Shown: positions 61,981-64,000 of the stretch, piece by piece | Numbering within the stretch: position 1 is the stretch's first letter | Layout of the letters: every line of letters starts with the position of its first letter | Origin: Pseudomonadota bacterium | GTDB taxonomy: Bacteria > Pseudomonadota > Gammaproteobacteria > RBG-16-57-12 | DNA: 64,000 nucleotides | Assembly: GCA_040752855.1 (NCBI GenBank) | Contig: JBFMHP010000031.1 | Location: 10,340-74,339, forward strand | Direction: 5' to 3' | The notes under the pieces: model-generated | What the model saw: the letters and a program-made list of their open reading frames with translations, nothing else | Told to the model about the DNA's origin: nothing | Databases searched by the model: none | Program-made: the position numbers and the translations under genes

Positions 61981-64000
61981 GCCGCTCGCCAAGTTGGCTG
62001 CACTCGAAGGCATACTGCCGGAATACATCGATAACTGGGGGCGGCGATGCACGACGACATCCCATACTCAGCACGCCTTGCTCAGCGCCATGGGCATCGA
62101 TGCGACCTCGGAGGAGAGGATCGCCTGCGCCATCGAGGAGAGCGAGTCGCGGCCATGGCGCAACGCACTCGAGCCGGTGCGGGTGGTACGGCAGCCCGCG
62201 ACGCTCTGGGTGCGCGTGGTGCTTCAAGATGCGCAGGCCGATGACGAGTTCACGTGGCGCCTGCACCTTGAAGAGGGCGGTGAGCACAGCCGTTCTTTTC
62301 GCCCGTTGCAACTGCCGCGCCTGGAGTCCCGGAAGATTGCAGGCGTGGCATATACCGCCTGCCAACTTGAGTTGCCGATCGAACTTGCGCCGGGCTATCA
62401 CCAATTGGAGCTGTTGCAGGACGGAGTGCTCGTCGCCCGCCAGAGCCTCATCATCGCCCCCGCGCAGTGTTACCAGCCCGCCGCACTGGGCAATACCGGG
62501 CGAATCTGGGGGCCGGCACTGCAACTCTATGCGGTGCGTTCGGAGCGCAATTGGGGCCTGGGCGATTTCACGGATCTGCGCCTGCTGGTCGAACAGTGGG
62601 CGGCGCTGGGAGCGGACATCATCGGTGTCAATCCCTTGCATGCCCTGTTTCCGCATAATCCTGCACACGCCAGTCCCTATAGTCCTTCGAGTCGTCTATT
62701 CCTCAACGTGCTGTATCTCGACGTGGAGGCGATCGCCGATTTCCACGAGAGCGAAGCCGCCCGGGCGATGCTGCTCGATCCGGAATTTCAGATGCGACGG
62801 GAGGCCTTGCGCGCGGCGGAGCTGGTGGATTATCCCGGGGTCGCCGCGCTCAAGCGGCCGATGCTCGAGATGCTCTATAAAAACTTCCGCGAGCGTCACC
62901 TCGCACCGGGCGATGAACGCGCTGCGGCCTTTCGCGCCTTTCGTGAACGCGAAGGCGAGCGGCTCTACCGGCACGCCCTGTTCGAGGCGTTGCAGGAGCA
63001 CTTCCACGCTCGGGACCCGCATGTTTGGGGTTGGCCCGCGTGGCCGGAGGAATATCGGCACCCCGAGGCAAGTGCGGTCACTGAGTTCGCGCGGCAAAAT
63101 CAAGAACGCATCGAGTTCTTTATTTATCTGCAATGGCAGGCGGATTTACAGCTCGGCGCGGTGGGCTGGCGCTCATTGGAGTTGGGATTGGGCGTCGGTG
63201 TTTACTCGGACCTCGCGGTCTCGGTCGACGGCGGCGGTGCGGAGGCTTGGGCCAATCAGGCGCTTTATGCCATCGGTGTGAGCGTGGGTGCGCCGCCGGA
63301 GATCAACAATCAACTCGGACAGGATTGGGGCCTGCCGCCCTTCGTGCCGCGACGGCTGCGCGAAACGGCCTATGCCACATTTATCTCCACGCTGCGGCAC
63401 AACATGCGCCATGCCGGGGCCTTGCGCCTCGATCATGTCATGGGCTTGATGCGGCAATTCTGGGTGCCGGCCGGTGTGCCGCCGGCGCAAGGCGCCTATG
63501 TCAGCTACCCTTTCGAGGATCTGCTGGGCATCCTGGCGCTGGAGAGCCAGCGCAATCGCTGCCTTGTGATCGGCGAGGATCTCGGCACCGTGCCCGAGGA
63601 GGTGCGCGCCGCCCTCGCGGCGATGGACGTGCTTTGTTACCGCGTGCTGATCGATGCCAAGGATGCCGCCGGGAACATTCAATCTCCTGCACAGTATCCA
63701 GTGCAGTCACTCGCGACCGTTGCCACGCATGATATGCCGACCTTGGCGGGTTATTGGGAAGGGCGCGATATTCTGCGGCGCACGGAATTGCGACTGTTTG
63801 GCTCCGAGGAGGCACGCCAAGAGATGGTGGTCAATCGCGCCCGCGAGCGGGCGCAATTGTTGCTCATGCTGGAGCAGGAGGATTTGTTGCCGCAGGGTGT
63901 GACCGTCAATCCGGGTTCACTGCCGGCGGTGACGCCGGAATTCGCGCACGCCGTGCATGTTCATCTCGCCCGCAGCCCGGCCAAGGTGCTGATGGTGCAG
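61967..64000 (+). CDS. malQ: 4-alpha-glucanotransferase (amylomaltase MalQ); 3' end beyond the window
   Basis: Manual translation of frame 2 from ATG 61967 gives MMHLEPLAKLAALEGILPEYIDNWGRR...WGLGDFTDLRLLVEQWAALGADIIGVNPLHALFPHNPAHASPYSPSSRLFLNVLYLDVEA and later EFFIYLQWQADLQ. The frame is open to nt 64000, which is why it is absent from the ORF track. Confidence 0.8.
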   Translation, partial: MMHLEPLAKLAALEGILPEYIDNWGRRCTTTSHTQHALLSAMGIDATSEERIACAIEESESRPWRNALEPVRVVRQPATLWVRVVLQDAQADDEFTWRLHLEEGGEHSRSFRPLQLPRLESRKIAGVAYTACQLELPIELAPGYHQLELLQDGVLVARQSLIIAPAQCYQPAALGNTGRIWGPALQLYAVRSERNWGLGDFTDLRLLVEQWAALGADIIGVNPLHALFPHNPAHASPYSPSSRLFLNVLYLDVEAIADFHESEAARAMLLDPEFQMRREALRAAELVDYPGVAALKRPMLEMLYKNFRERHLAPGDERAAAFRAFREREGERLYRHALFEALQEHFHARDPHVWGWPAWPEEYRHPEASAVTEFARQNQERIEFFIYLQWQADLQLGAVGWRSLELGLGVGVYSDLAVSVDGGGAEAWANQALYAIGVSVGAPPEINNQLGQDWGLPPFVPRRLRETAYATFISTLRHNMRHAGALRLDHVMGLMRQFWVPAGVPPAQGAYVSYPFEDLLGILALESQRNRCLVIGEDLGTVPEEVRAALAAMDVLCYRVLIDAKDAAGNIQSPAQYPVQSLATVATHDMPTLAGYWEGRDILRRTELRLFGSEEARQEMVVNRARERAQLLLMLEQEDLLPQGVTVNPGSLPAVTPEFAHAVHVHLARSPAKVLMVQ

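Noticed and set aside
61977-63281. 434-aa Arg/Ser/Pro-rich ORF listed on the plus strand
   Set aside because: Wrong frame. The neighbouring frame translates cleanly into a MalQ 4-alpha-glucanotransferase from ATG 61967 and stays open to the window end.

Overview
This is a high-GC gammaproteobacterial chromosomal window with no transposase, integrase or CRISPR array. The first ~36 kb is a densely packed conserved core. It starts with a 5'-truncated PQQ-type dehydrogenase fused to three DUF11 repeats. Then come recJ, DUF2784, prfB (with its programmed +1 frameshift) and lysS, followed by HDOD and ygfZ on the minus strand. After that are sdhCDAB-sdhE-ygfX, nadB on the minus strand, and rpoE-rseABC-degP followed by a DUF836 glutaredoxin-like gene. 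The core continues with lepA-lepB-DUF4845-rnc-era-recO-pdxJ-acpS, tRNA-fMet, and rimP-nusA-infB-rbfA-truB-rpsO-pnp. After the pnp terminator the content becomes accessory-like. It opens with a lower-GC islet carrying a YiiX-like permuted-papain gene. Next is an alpha-glucan/maltodextrin utilisation locus: a GH13 amylase lipoprotein and MalK/E/F/G-like ABC components, then two paralogous secreted proteins flanking a 699-aa outer-membrane beta-barrel. Further downstream are a PsiE-like gene, dedA, mgtA behind a long REP-containing leader, a repeat-rich islet, and ycbK-ldtD. The window ends with a trehalose/alpha-glucan cluster, treS-mak fusion, treZ and malQ, with malQ running off the end. The most interesting candidates for something undescribed are the paralog/beta-barrel/paralog module downstream of the maltodextrin ABC transporter and an exact 17-nt motif shared between the mgtA leader and the low-GC islet. 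All functional calls rest on my reading of the translated ORFs and known motifs; no database search was possible.
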